Positions 24,715-36,544 of a stretch of DNA of 64,000 nucleotides are shown here, piece by piece. This DNA comes from Nemertoderma westbladi (taxonomy: Eukaryota > Animalia > Xenacoelomorpha), in contig JAUCBJ010001957.1 of the NCBI GenBank assembly GCA_032718475.1, positions 32,298 to 96,297 of the forward strand, written 5' to 3'. The notes beneath the pieces are model-generated. The model had not been told where the DNA came from and did not search any database. It was given only the letters and a program-made list of their open reading frames with translations. The position numbers and the translations under genes are program-made. Numbering within the stretch: position 1 is the stretch's first letter; the number at the start of each line of letters is the position of its first letter.

Positions 24715-26155
24715 TAGCGTATGGAGTGGGTGTGTGACCATATTATTTTATATTCTTATCATTTTATATTTATGTATGTATTATTATGTAATTTTCTTAT
24801 AATCGTTTTCTTTAATTTTATTTAGCAGAATATTATTTTAGCGATTATTTAGTAGATTAGTGCAATATATATTCGTGTTTATTATTTAATTACTTATATA
24901 TTATATATTTAGTGCGACGGCGAGAAATAATTCTTTTTCTTTTTCCTTTTCCTTACTGTCCGTATTACATTACAAATACGTAACTACAATAAGATGAAAT
25001 ATCCGTACTTATTAAAGTACAATAAAGCTCCTACTATATTCAAGTAGTATTGGTAAGTAGAGTATTAGGAATGCAAAATTCAGATCCTCGTGTCTCGGCT
25101 AAACCAAGCTCTGGGTAGACCTTGGAAACGACTTGCCTCTTCTCACTGACATTGCTTCGTGCGATATTGCTCTCATACCGTATATTAAATAATACATATA
25201 GTAGCATGATGTCCCTTTAACAGTAGCGTATAACGCAAAATAAATCTGTTAAACCCTTTGACCATCTGCAATTCTAGTCGATTAAGATATCGTGGCACCC
25301 ACTGATATACTTGAAAGACAAAATTCTAGAATCAGTGGTTAACGTCCCCAGACAAGTTCTGGAATAAACTGGTGCCTATCCTAAATATTAATTATTAATA
25401 TTTACAAAATCTGTCAAATTTTAGATCCTTTAAAATTCTGGTCTATTAAGATATCGTAGCACTTACCGATATTCTTAAAAAGACCAATTTCCTAGAATCA
25501 AGGATCCCAGTCCCCAGACATGTTCTGGAATAAAATTGTGTCTATTTAACATTAAATAATAAAATTTACGGGAATAAATTTAAATTAATATTTTAATGAA
25601 TTTAATAAATTTTCATTTTTATACAATTTATAACATTCCCAAAATTCCTTTAATTAATAGATCATGGGAGCGGAGATTCACTCTATTAAGTGTATTAGTG
25701 TGCGAGAATCTCCAATATATAGTCAATAGCCGATAAAATTCATAAAATCATGTATAGAGAGGATATTGACCATTAAAGAATTACTATTAAATAGCATCCC
25801 AGATCTGTATGCATGAGAATTACCCTAATTCTACCGCTAGCTTTCCATAATGTCACCATGGCAACAACCACGCTAGAATTAGAAGTGAGTTAAACGAACA
25901 ATAGAAAGCTTGCCCCATTGAATAGCATAGGGAATCAATAGCGCACTGCTAGTATCCAAGGATACATAATAATAAAGTGACATTCTGGAAGGCACTGACT
26001 AACGGACAAATGGCCCGAATGTGTACAGTTTGTGACAGTTGTGTTGAATTTGTGCGTTTATAGGTGAATGTTACTGCTAAAGTGTGTTTACAGTAGCGAG
26101 TCGCAATTGTGAAAGTAGCCCTACTCTGCCGAAAGAACCTGAAGTACATCTAAGC

Positions 26156-26280
26156 CTTTGGGACGGACAGTGGAGTGACTTGTGCCGGTTATCGTTGTCG
26201 TTGTGTAGCTACATCGTTGGCGAAAGCACAGCGACGACGGTACATCGGCGCTGAGGATCTTGCACTGTCCGGGGGCAAAG
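26156..26280 (+). ncRNA. Predicted rod-like RNA hairpin upstream of the accessory ORF
   Basis: Nested pairings 26156-60/26276-80, 26164-72/26263-71, 26182-89/26244-51 and 26190-205/26227-242, including G-U pairs that form only on the + strand. Confidence 0.6.
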
Positions 26281-26352
26281 AGGGGTAGGCAGCGACGCCC
26301 GCTAGCCTAAAATATAAACTCATTATAATATAGATAAACTCATATAGCAGAT

Positions 26353-29241
26353 ATGACTGAGTTGATAGAAGATGATCTTGGTATCAGGGAGCGATATACT
26401 CTACCTTTACAAGCGTTTGTCGATAGCTTGATACGCGGCGACGCTGGTCCAACTACTACGGAGAATGATGGTCGTTATATCGAACCGCCAATGTCCCCGG
26501 AGCAACTTACGCGCGAATTGGATTATAGAAAGTTCACCGCTCGCTATACGCATCGTAATGGTACGTATATGGACTTCTTAACTACTGGCCATCCTATCGA
26601 TTTACACGATACGGACGATGTAGACACCGAAAGGGAAATGGTTTTATTTAAATATCATACCCAGCGGAGTCGGAACGATAAACCGAGAATAGAACACGAG
26701 AACTCTATTCGAAACAGACTCGAAAGGGAAGACGTTGAAGAGCCGGATAAACGCAGCGACTTCAACGATTATCTGGAATTCCTGAGAGAGACATATCTCA
26801 ATATTGCCAGCCAACAAAATCTCGAAACTCGATATCCTCAAGGTATACATCATGATCCTATGATAGAACTCAAACGACTCTATTTCACTATGATGTATCT
26901 TACCGCCGATTGACCGCTACCTGTCGTCCCAGATAGCTTCGAACAGATGGAGGAATATTGTAAAACTGGAGAACGATCACCCGCATTTCCCCTGCAGGAC
27001 GTGCGTCTTTGGTATTACTGCGACGAATGCCCTAGACCCAATCAGCAAACGGAAAGACATAAACATCCGCGGAGACGTTGCGCTAAACACAGTTTTACAC
27101 GATATACTTATGGGAGTTTCGAGCGAAACCTGTTCGACGTATCACCTACGGTCGCTCGGCTCAAACGATCCTTGAATAAACCAATGATCAGAGTTCCGGA
27201 ATACTCAGTCAGACCTCCTCATTCCTCAGTTAGACCTCAGACTCTTGATCCTAATAGTATCACGGATCCTCCCGAACTGTACTCACTGTTCAAAGATCTA
27301 GTGTTACCCGAACAGTTGATCGGTGGCACTCCGGTAGTGGGCTCGCTAGATATTCGTCAACCCTACCTAGCCGGATTAGGACGCGGTCATCTAATATCGC
27401 CGTTTAACCCGTACAACCGTCCCGGCTTCACCCCGATACAACCCGTTACGGAAGTCGAAGAGAGTGTCGTACGAAACGCTTTAGACGCTATTCGGCAGAA
27501 AATCGGAAAGGGAACTTACGATTATTTGGAGAAACGTAAATTGCAGCAACAAGTCCAAGCGGTGAAAGAATTAGCTTTACCCCAGTTCGATAGAGAAATA
27601 CAAAATCTCGAGGAGGACATCGAACGTGGACGAACCTACTCTTTACAAGAGTTCCTAGATGAGTGTTTACAACAACAAGCGGAGGAAAATCAGCTCGAGG
27701 AGAGACATATAGAACTAGATGAGAGAGAAGAAGCAGCTTTAGCCCAGCCAGAAGCTCAAATCCTTATAACAGATCTCTATTCTAAAACCATTATCCATCC
27801 TTCGATGGTTCCTCATTTCGGAGACAAACTCTTCACCACGGCACAGCCTCAACCGGTTGATATCAACCTAAGATCTCGAGATCTTATCTCTGACGCTCCC
27901 ATGTTGCAACGTCCGCTCATCGAATCCGCTCGTGTCGATGGTATACTCGTTGAACCTCCGGACAATAGAGCGGATCTTGTCCGTCGCATGGTACACGATG
28001 TTAACATACGCGCTAAACCTTTACCGGACTCGTTTTATGGGATCAAAGATCACCCTTATTACGTCAATCTAACACAATATTACATGGTAAAACCGGAAGA
28101 TCCTACACATAGTCTGAGGTTTCTACCACTAATAAATCCTCTCGATCTTGTCGAACTCGAACAACTGCAGAAACATCTGGATCAGTTAGTTAAAGTAAAC
28201 TCATTTCGAAAACCATATAATGTTTCCAGAATAGAGAAAGAAACAATACCTCCGTATAATCTTGATGGATTCATCAAAACTCGATTAGTACACTGGAATC
28301 TTTACGTGTTATTCGAGGAGGAAAGAATACAACGATATGGAGATGTGGAAACATATACTACACAATACTTAAAGTATAGAGATCTACCTAATGCTAGCGA
28401 ATGCGCTACCTTGTGGCATCCAGTGGGAATGACTCTCGAAAACGCCACTAAAGAGTGGAACGAGACTCTTAACGTTATCGAGATGTATGGAGTTGTCACT
28501 TACGATAACGAAGGTAGCGTTCCGGTTGGAGAACTGGGAACTACGCGAATGATACACATACGAGGACTCGCTGGTTCTACCCACATATTTACTCGAGCGT
28601 GTTCCGATGTGATTGATTATTCTTTTGAGACTCTTACTGAGACACAAAAGAAACTCAGACATGGACAATTCGAACTCGCGCAGCGTTACGTCACCGACAC
28701 CGAGCGCAAACCGGCCATGGGTATCGATGGATCGATGTTACCCCAGCCCGTGCTCGAGATGTTGTTTAACGAAAGAATCCTTAAAATCGGCTCAGCTGTT
28801 TATGGAGATCTCCAAAACGACTTTCGGAACATGGAAAACATTCCATACCCTTTCGTTGATACTCAGCTGATTGCTCCCTGGGCAGAAGGCCGAGGTTTCT
28901 TCCGCACTATGTATGCCAATACACCCAGCGGCATTACTAAAGTACAACGAACCTCTATCGGACATCTTGCCTTTCAAGAATACGGATGGAATTTCAAGGT
29001 TGGAAATCCTACCAATTACCAACAAGTATATGGAGATCATTATTCTCGTTTATACTTTGATGGACCATTGACCGCACCTGGCGCCGTATATAGCTTTATG
29101 AGTGTTCCACTTCGTCCCTCCTTAGCTATATACACGATCTTTGAAAACGCAGCACTTGCCGGTTGGCTAGCCGTGCAGTTGTGCAGTCGTACCATGTATC
29201 ATTACTGTAGGCCTATTATGATTAATGACAATAATTATTAG
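26353..29241 (+). pseudogene. Accessory ORF (~960 codons, one in-frame TGA at 26911) with a C-terminal DEDDy/WRN-like 3'-5' exonuclease domain
   Basis: ORFs 26353-26913 and 26947-29241 share a frame. ExoI VVTYDNEG (28504/28510), ExoII LPQPVLEMLFNERILKIGSAVYGD (28807), FVDTQ and ExoIII-like PLRPSLAIYTIFE (29131/29143). The last ~15 codons come from LTR sequence. Confidence 0.75.
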
Positions 29242-30999
29242 ATTAGCACAACTCACTAAAAATAAAATTCAATATCTCAATGACACACGGTCTGAAAATA
29301 TGACAGACTACAGCAAGCATACTGCCTGACAGACAAATCCGAAACCTGGAAACACCGCGGTGGTACTGTAATGATAGGCCTACAGGTACAGAGACACTGT
29401 CAGACTGTTGACTTGACAATGATCTCCTATCTTATCTGGACCAATCAGGAAACAGTATTCGCCTACGCGTATGTATAGGCTTATGTCAAATCGCTCAATG
29501 TAATGTATAGATACGTGGATACGTACTTACATACGTGTAAAAGTTTAACCCTATGTTTTCTGGTTTTATGCTATTTTAGTTGTTAGTATTCCATTAGGAA
29601 CATATATCTGCATATGATATTGGACAGTTCAGTAGGGAACATACCCTTAAATAAGCTCCAAAAGTGGGTTCTTATTTAAGGAAAATGGCTCTTATTTAGG
29701 GGTTTTTGGGCCTTTTTTGGATATTTTTTCGACATAATATGCAAGAACATATGATATTGGACAGTTCAGCAGTTGGATATAGCAGAATAGACATGATATA
29801 GACATACTGCAGTACTGCTGTATTGTAGTGCTGCAGATTTAGACCTGGCCTACCTGAGACTGGCAGACTGGAGGGAGACTTTTGCAACTGCAGCTCAGCT
29901 GTACCAGACTGTCTGTATCATTACCGTACCGCATACCGGCAGACCGTCAAAGCGTACCCCGTACTACTGTACAGCTGTACTACAGTCAGACAGTACTGCG
30001 GGCTGGCGGGGTTCCTTCCGTTCCTGATCAGCTGATATGACAGTACAGCAGTATCATACCAGGATACTTGACACTGCTGTACTGTTGACTGGTTGACTGT
30101 GTAGGGTAGGCCTTTTACTGCTGTACTGTAATGCCGGCACAGCATTCTTAAAAATGCAGCTGCAATGCAGCATGCCTGTAAAAGCTTTTGCGGAATTAGC
30201 CGGTTATTTTCCCCGTAAAGTACTCTGTAGTTGGTTTAACAGGCATAAAATGCCGTATCCTTACTGTACTGGTGTTTTAGTGGACATAAAAAGCCATTTC
30301 TTCTGTATGTGTACTTTAGCGGACATAATTAGCAATTCTATGTCGCAATACGCGAAATCCAAGAGGAATTCAAGAGGAAACAGTGTAGTTACTATGACGA
30401 CAGCTAACAGCTGAGCTGTACATGTGTAGCTTTTCCTTGTTCTCTGGTGTTTCTTTGTTCGGTCAACCAATCAGAGCGATTCTCCTGCTTTTTGTACAGA
30501 AACCTCCGAGAAATCGCGCAATGCATTATGGGTCAATGTTTATATTTTGTCCTGAGCCCAGAAGACCGGCTTTGGAATCTCTGTGTTTTCAGTCTTTAGC
30601 CCAACATTAGTAGGCTTAATTATAGAACGTATATCTGTTATCAAACAAACCTTACTTACTTAACAATTCATACCATACCAAATCACATATCATAACAAGT
30701 CATACCTTAACATTGTACTGCTATTTACTGTCGGTTATTCATTATATCAGTTGATGGAATATTATTATATTTGGAATACCGATAAATAATTACAAAACCC
30801 TCAATCTTCTTGATATACTGAAGGTAAGAGAGACCGGTTACATATAACGATTGCGACTTACATTAAAGTGGTTTTTGAAGTGAATCTAATGCTATTTCAT
30901 AGGCACTACATGTATTGGTTGTTGTTCTCTTTATATGTGACTAAAATTAGTGAAGGTCGGCAGATCGGTGTGCAGCATTGTGCAGTATTGTGTATGATT

Positions 31000-33500
31000 C
31001 CCTGCAAACATTTTACGTTAATTACGCTAATCTAACGTTAGACTTTAGTCTGTTTTAGGTTAGAAAAATAAAGTTATAAAAATAACTTAGAACAAACGTT
31101 TTCTAACGTCTTATAATCGTTTAAAAACTACATGTCTAAAATCAACTAAACCCAAACGTTAAACTGACGTTCAATTTTAACATAGATTTTTAACGTTATT
31201 TTGAAACGTCTGACATTGGTTAAATTTAATCATGTACAAAAATGACTAAACCCAAACGTTAAACAGACGTTGAATTTTAACATCAATTTTTAACGTTATT
31301 TTGAAACGTCTGACATTGGTTAAATTTAATCATGTACAAAAATGACTAAACCCAAACGTTAAACAGACGTTGAATTTTAACATCAATTTTTAACGTTATT
31401 TTGAAACGTCAGACATTGGTTAAATTTAATCATGAACATAAATCACTAAACCCAATATTAAACAAACGTTGAAATTTAACATCGATTTTTAATGTTAATT
31501 TAAAACGTCTGACATTGGTTAAATAGAATCATTCTTGTATTAGAAAATTGTAATGTAATTTAGTCACGTTAATATTTATTGCAACAGGTCCACTGGAATA
31601 TAGTGTTGTAATTATTCAGTGTCATGCAACTATCACTCAAGTTGTACCTTGTGGTCTTACTTTTGTACCTGGGGGGGGGGGGGGGGGGGGGTGTGGTCTT
31701 ACTTTTTTTACCTGGGGGGGGGGGGGTGTCTTACTTTTGTACTAGGGGGTCTTACTTTTGTTTCAGGGTGTCTTACTTTTGTACTTGGCGGGGTCTTACT
31801 TTTGTACCTGGAGGGGTCATACTTGGACTTACTTTTGTACCTGGGGGTCTTACACTACTTTTGTACCTAAGGGGGGGGGGGGGGTGGTATTACTTTTGTA
31901 CCTGCAGGTCTTACTTTTGTTCCAGGGGAGTCTTACCTTTCTACCAGGGGGTCTTACTTTTGTACATGGGGGGGGTGGGCTTACTTTTGTACCTAGAGGG
32001 GTCATACTTTTGTACCAAGGGGGTATTACTTTTGTACCTGGAGGGGTCATACCTTTGTACCTGGGAGGTCTTACTTTTGTACCTGGGGAGGGTCTTACGT
32101 TTGTACCTGGGGGTCTTACGTTTGTACCAGGGGGTCTTACTTTTGTACCTGGGGTGGGTCTTACGTTTGTACCTGGGGGCCTTACGTTTGTACCAGGGGG
32201 TCTTACTTTTGTACCAGGGGGATTTACTTTTGTACCAGGGCGGGGAAGGGGGGGTCTTACATTTGTAGGGTCTTGGGTCTTTATTTTGTACTCCCATAAT
32301 ATAACTACTGTAACTGCAATATTAATTAGTTTACATGTTCTTCAATATATTATTGTGATGTGCAAAATTATTGAATTTATAACGATGCAATATTCAATAT
32401 TTCTTTCAATTTTGGTATTATTTTTTTATACTGTAGTTTTGTTTATTTCTCATATTTTTGTTTATTGAAGTTTATTTAGCCAATAAATAGTACAGTACGT
32501 TACGCCGATTTATATTACTGATATACTGTAAATTTAGTATTGAATTATTTTTTATTCCGGGCAAAATTTGTTAAATAAGTTCATTTTCGACTGCCAATTA
32601 TTTATATAAAAACGGCACTACGTTTATTCAGTGTGAGTGGCTAAATAATATAAACACCGTTCGTTACCATCGTTAAATGATTGGTGAGGTTTGATATACA
32701 GTGTACAGTAGTTAATACAAACAATAAATTGGTTTCATTCTACCCCCAGCGTCTGCAAAAAACGTAAGTCTAACGTTAAATGACGTCAGACTCTAAATAG
32801 TTATTAATTTCCTATAATTAAATTTTAAATTATCAATTAAATTGTTTGATAACTAATAAATTTAAATAATTTAATCAAATGATTTATCTAACGTAGAGGT
32901 CAAATAGGTATGTGATAGTATTTTATATAAATCTAAACAAATTTCTTAGCAATTGATCAAAAGTCATCATATTTCTTCTCAGAAATAATCCGATATTTAT
33001 TTTGCCTAAATGCATTGAAGGTTCCACTCCTAAGGTGTAGGTGTAGGGGCGTAGGCGTAGGCTGTGTAGGTTAGGGTTAGGTCCCCCTCAGTCCCTTGCA
33101 GGTCCACCAAGTAACTGCCGCTGTGGTCCATGAAGTAAATCTCAAATGTGAACTTTTTTATTCTTTTGAATCAAAAATAACGTATTAGTGACGTATTTTT
33201 TTAACGTATTATTGATGTATTTTTTTAACGTATTTATTTAACGTAGTAACCCCGGCCAATAATACGTTAATTTAACGTAATGGTACGTTCATAAATAACG
33301 TTCATAATATACGGCTGTTAACGTTATTTTCAGACATGAGTTAATTAGTATGATTTGAGTAAAATTTAAGTATATTTTTAACGTAGTAACCCCGGCCAAT
33401 AATACGTTAATTTAACGTAAGGGCACGTTAAAAAATAACGTTGGAATGGTAGAATATTAACGTAAATTAACGTTAAATTAACGTCAAAATGTTTGCAGGG
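31000..33500. mobile_element. Non-autonomous CACTA/EnSpm-type DNA transposon inserted in the 3' LTR
   Basis: TIRs CCCTGCAAACATTTT / AAAATGTTTGCAGGG; 2-bp TSD TT confirmed by the empty site TATGATTGTGAC in the 5' LTR; AACGT(T)-rich subterminal repeats and 120-bp tandem units at ~31140-31520. Confidence 0.92.
31640..32270. repeat. G-rich minisatellite (GGGGTCTTACTTTTGTACCTG-like, ~21-24 bp) inside the MITE
   Basis: About 25 degenerate tandem units. Confidence 0.9.
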
Positions 33501-34637
33501 TTGTGACTGATAACAAAGCATCTCCTAAAGAATGCGCTATATACGTGAATCCATAGCCATCCCGTTGTGTCTAGTTTAAGTCATAACTCTGTTTACATAT
33601 CTAGAGCGCCACGTCCTAAAGGAACTGTTAATATTTCCCGAAAGTGAATAATATTTGTCAGAGATTATATATTACGATCAGTCGAATAATACAGTAGGCC
33701 TACACCGCAATAAGGTTAGGCTTCCGAATCCAGTCTCCCGGGTATATCCAGCGGGTGAATGGTCGCGCATAGACTGGCTTCGGCTAATGTAGTGTATCAA
33801 ATACTCGTCATAGGCTAAAGACGATTTATTATCTAGAAGATATCCCAATTTGGCAGGTTAAACTGCTAAAGGTCTAAAAGCGCGAACAATGCCGATACTA
33901 GTAGCTGTACTGCATACTGTACTGTAGTAAGCCTACCTGCCTACTGTAGTAGTGCACAGACTGACAGTTCATCAGTTTTTTGAATTTTTTGGTCGATTAC
34001 CCTACCTGCCTACTGCCCTATCTGCTTATATATGCGCGGATACCCGTCTGCCCGTGCTGCGCTGCCGTCGTGCTGTCGTTGCGAACAACCTGACAACATC
34101 CAGGATCCAGTCTGACACTGACAGACTGACATTTAAACTTAGGCTGTCTGGCTGTTCGCGTTCGCGTTCGGCCTTATGACAACTTAAAGTCACTGAAAGT
34201 GCTGCACTGCTACAGACAGACAGACAGACTGACAGTCTGACAGTGCTGCAGTGACAGACCTAGCCTGCTTTTTTTTTCAAACTTTTGGCCTATCCCAGTA
34301 TCCAGCTATCAATTCAGCAGTTTACTGGTAGCAATTAGCCCTAAATAATAAAATACCGGTCAGCCGGTATATATCAGTATATGATATAACAATATATAGG
34401 CCTAATACAGTAATATATTTATATAGGGCTTTAGCAGTTTAGGGGAGGGTCTATCAGTCTATTCTATATCTGTATATTACTGTATTACCGGTACTGCAGT
34501 CAGGCAGTACCAGTACTCTGGCAGTCTGGTACTGTTATACTGTAATAATACTGTAAGTAATATCAACTTCTAAATTCCAAACATACGGTACTTTATTTCT
34601 AGACAGACAGTCATAACTAGAAGTTTAAATAATTAAT

Positions 34638-35966
34638 ATGGCTTCACGCAGTGGTGAGAAAGCCAAGAAGCAACAGGAGAAGTTCCAGGCAGTTCTTTCT
34701 GACCTTCTGAAGGAGGATGAGAATAAATACTGCTGCGATTGCGATGCCAAGGGACCGCGATGGGCCTCGTGTAATCTCGGCATATTCGTCTGCATCCGTT
34801 GCGCCGGAATCCACAGAAATTTAGGCGTTCACATCTCGCGCGTGAAGTCGGTAAATCTAGACCAGTGGACCGTCGATCAAATTCACGCGATGCAACTCTG
34901 GGGCAACTCAAAAGCGAAAGCGGTTTATGAGGGGAATCTACCATCGGACTACAGACGACCGCAAACTGATTCAGCGTTAGAATATTTCATTCGTCAGAAA
35001 TATGAAAAGAAATGTTATTGCAACAAAGAATTAATGGCTGACATTGTTAGTAAAGGTTTCGATTCTTCTAGTACTAACAGCGAGCCGTCTGGGGCAGCGA
35101 ATTTCAGTCAACAAACCCGCACAAAGAAACCAACAGACACAGTCATTCCAACCATCGCCGCTGCGAATACCAAACTAACCAAACCCGCAACGCGCCAGAA
35201 CCTTTCGACTGGAAGTAAACCGACCCGGGCCGCTAAACAGGACGAGGGGCGACAAGAGACTGTTAATAGCGTAGCTAGTAGTGTAGAGCACGATCTACTG
35301 GGGTTGGGTAGCGATTTGGACCAGCCAAACGCGAATCTTATGGATGGTACGATGGCGAACGCGCACGCCACTAATCTCACGCTGTTGGGCGGGTTGACAA
35401 TGAGTCCGACGCCGCAGCTGACGCCCCAGTCGTCGGCATTCCAGTTGCAACCCGAACCGGCCCCGTTGCAACCGAACCCAGTGGCCGCAGTTCGCGCGGA
35501 TGATAACCTGCTTCTGGGGGAACCCGACGACGCTTCCAAGAAGTCGAAGGATTCTATAATGTCGTTGTACGGCTCGACTAGTTCTCTTCCGGCTATGTCC
35601 TCGACTTCTATGTATTGCCACGCCCTCCAACCCGCTCCCGTTGCCATGCCGATGTACGGAGCCCAACCGATGATGGTGCAACCCCAGTTCCCGATGGGAG
35701 TCCCGGGTTCCCAACCGATCCGATACGGACAACCGATGGGGTCTGTCGGGTCTCATATCAATATGAACCAACCCGCGTATAATCCCGCCAACATGGTGCG
35801 TTACCCCCATCCCCCCCACCAGCAGCCAATAGGGGCCGTCCCCCCGTCCGGACAACCAATGGCAGGCAATCCCTCGGGATTTACCGGAGTCCCCTGGGTG
35901 GATCCCATTCCGGGTAGTACCTACTACAGTGGCGGACACACCCTCAGTAACACCCTGTGGAAATAA
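34638..35966 (+). CDS. SMAP1: Stromal membrane-associated protein (SMAP1/2-type ArfGAP), single-exon CDS
   Basis: ArfGAP zinc finger [48 protein letters not shown] clathrin-box-like motif, SKDSIMSLY, Met/Pro-rich tail and C-terminal [10 protein letters not shown]. Confidence 0.93.
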   Translation: MASRSGEKAKKQQEKFQAVLSDLLKEDENKYCCDCDAKGPRWASCNLGIFVCIRCAGIHRNLGVHISRVKSVNLDQWTVDQIHAMQLWGNSKAKAVYEGNLPSDYRRPQTDSALEYFIRQKYEKKCYCNKELMADIVSKGFDSSSTNSEPSGAANFSQQTRTKKPTDTVIPTIAAANTKLTKPATRQNLSTGSKPTRAAKQDEGRQETVNSVASSVEHDLLGLGSDLDQPNANLMDGTMANAHATNLTLLGGLTMSPTPQLTPQSSAFQLQPEPAPLQPNPVAAVRADDNLLLGEPDDASKKSKDSIMSLYGSTSSLPAMSSTSMYCHALQPAPVAMPMYGAQPMMVQPQFPMGVPGSQPIRYGQPMGSVGSHINMNQPAYNPANMVRYPHPPHQQPIGAVPPSGQPMAGNPSGFTGVPWVDPIPGSTYYSGGHTLSNTLWK

Positions 35967-36544
35967 ACTTACCTAATCAGTGGATTTTATTTCATAGGTA
36001 ATTAATTAATTAACAAGGTCTTCTAAATTAAATTAGCCGTATCAATATTTAATTGGTGCCAAAAACAATAAAGCAGGATTTCATAAAGTAATTTGATTAT
36101 GCGCTTATGCGGCCATGTCAAAATACAATTTCAGATTGCAAAAATAATTAACTAATCAAAAAATAAATGTCAATTAGTAATTATAATTACATAATATCCG
36201 GATCCATTGACTAACCAGTATATTATATTTAAGAAATATTATTTGTTGAAATTTTATACAGTATAATAGTAAACTTAATATAGATAATAATTGGATTAAT
36301 TAGAAAACAACAAAAAAAGTGTCAGTGTGAAGGTTTTTTCGACTTTTATTTACTCTCTTACACCGCTGGAAGTCGTTGCGATATGGTTTAGAGGTTTGTC
36401 TACCACGCCGTTGCCGCTACAGTTTATAGTAAATTAAACAATCCGTGATTTTACGTAAGTCGTCCGGCAGCAAACAGCATAGATTTTGGCGAACCGGGAT
36501 TTTTTATGCCCATAAAATGTTTCATCGGTTTTGTACTCATTAGA

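Larger units (their letters stand above)
5318..33888 (+). mobile_element. Giant BEL/Pao LTR retrotransposon with extra ORFs (~21 kb after removing two nested insertions)
   Basis: Near-identical direct repeats 5886-8062 and 29194-33888 ending in CGAACA; ATGCCG at 5312-5317 and 33889-33894 (candidate 6-bp TSD); BEL gag-pol at 17485-24714. Confidence 0.8.
29194..33888 (+). repeat. 3' LTR of the giant BEL element (5'-truncated, interrupted by a MITE)
   Basis: 29194-30999 plus 33503-33888 match 5886-8062. Confidence 0.85.

Noticed and set aside
26911-26913. Programmed readthrough or selenocysteine at the in-frame TGA
   Set aside because: The context is TGA-CCG rather than TGA-CTA, no downstream SECIS was seen and the element has other disabling mutations, so a CGA>TGA change is simpler.
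29180-29194. Minus-strand PBS (TGGTACGACTG) next to the second repeat, implying a reverse-oriented element
   Set aside because: No tRNA match recognised, no PPT at the other end and all internal ORFs are on the + strand; it lies at an inferred deletion junction inside the accessory ORF.
26353-29241. env gene
   Set aside because: No signal peptide, fusion-protein cysteine pattern or clear transmembrane anchor; the motifs fit a DEDDy exonuclease.
31619-32468. Gly/Leu-rich ORFs in the MITE
   Set aside because: Translations of a G-rich minisatellite.
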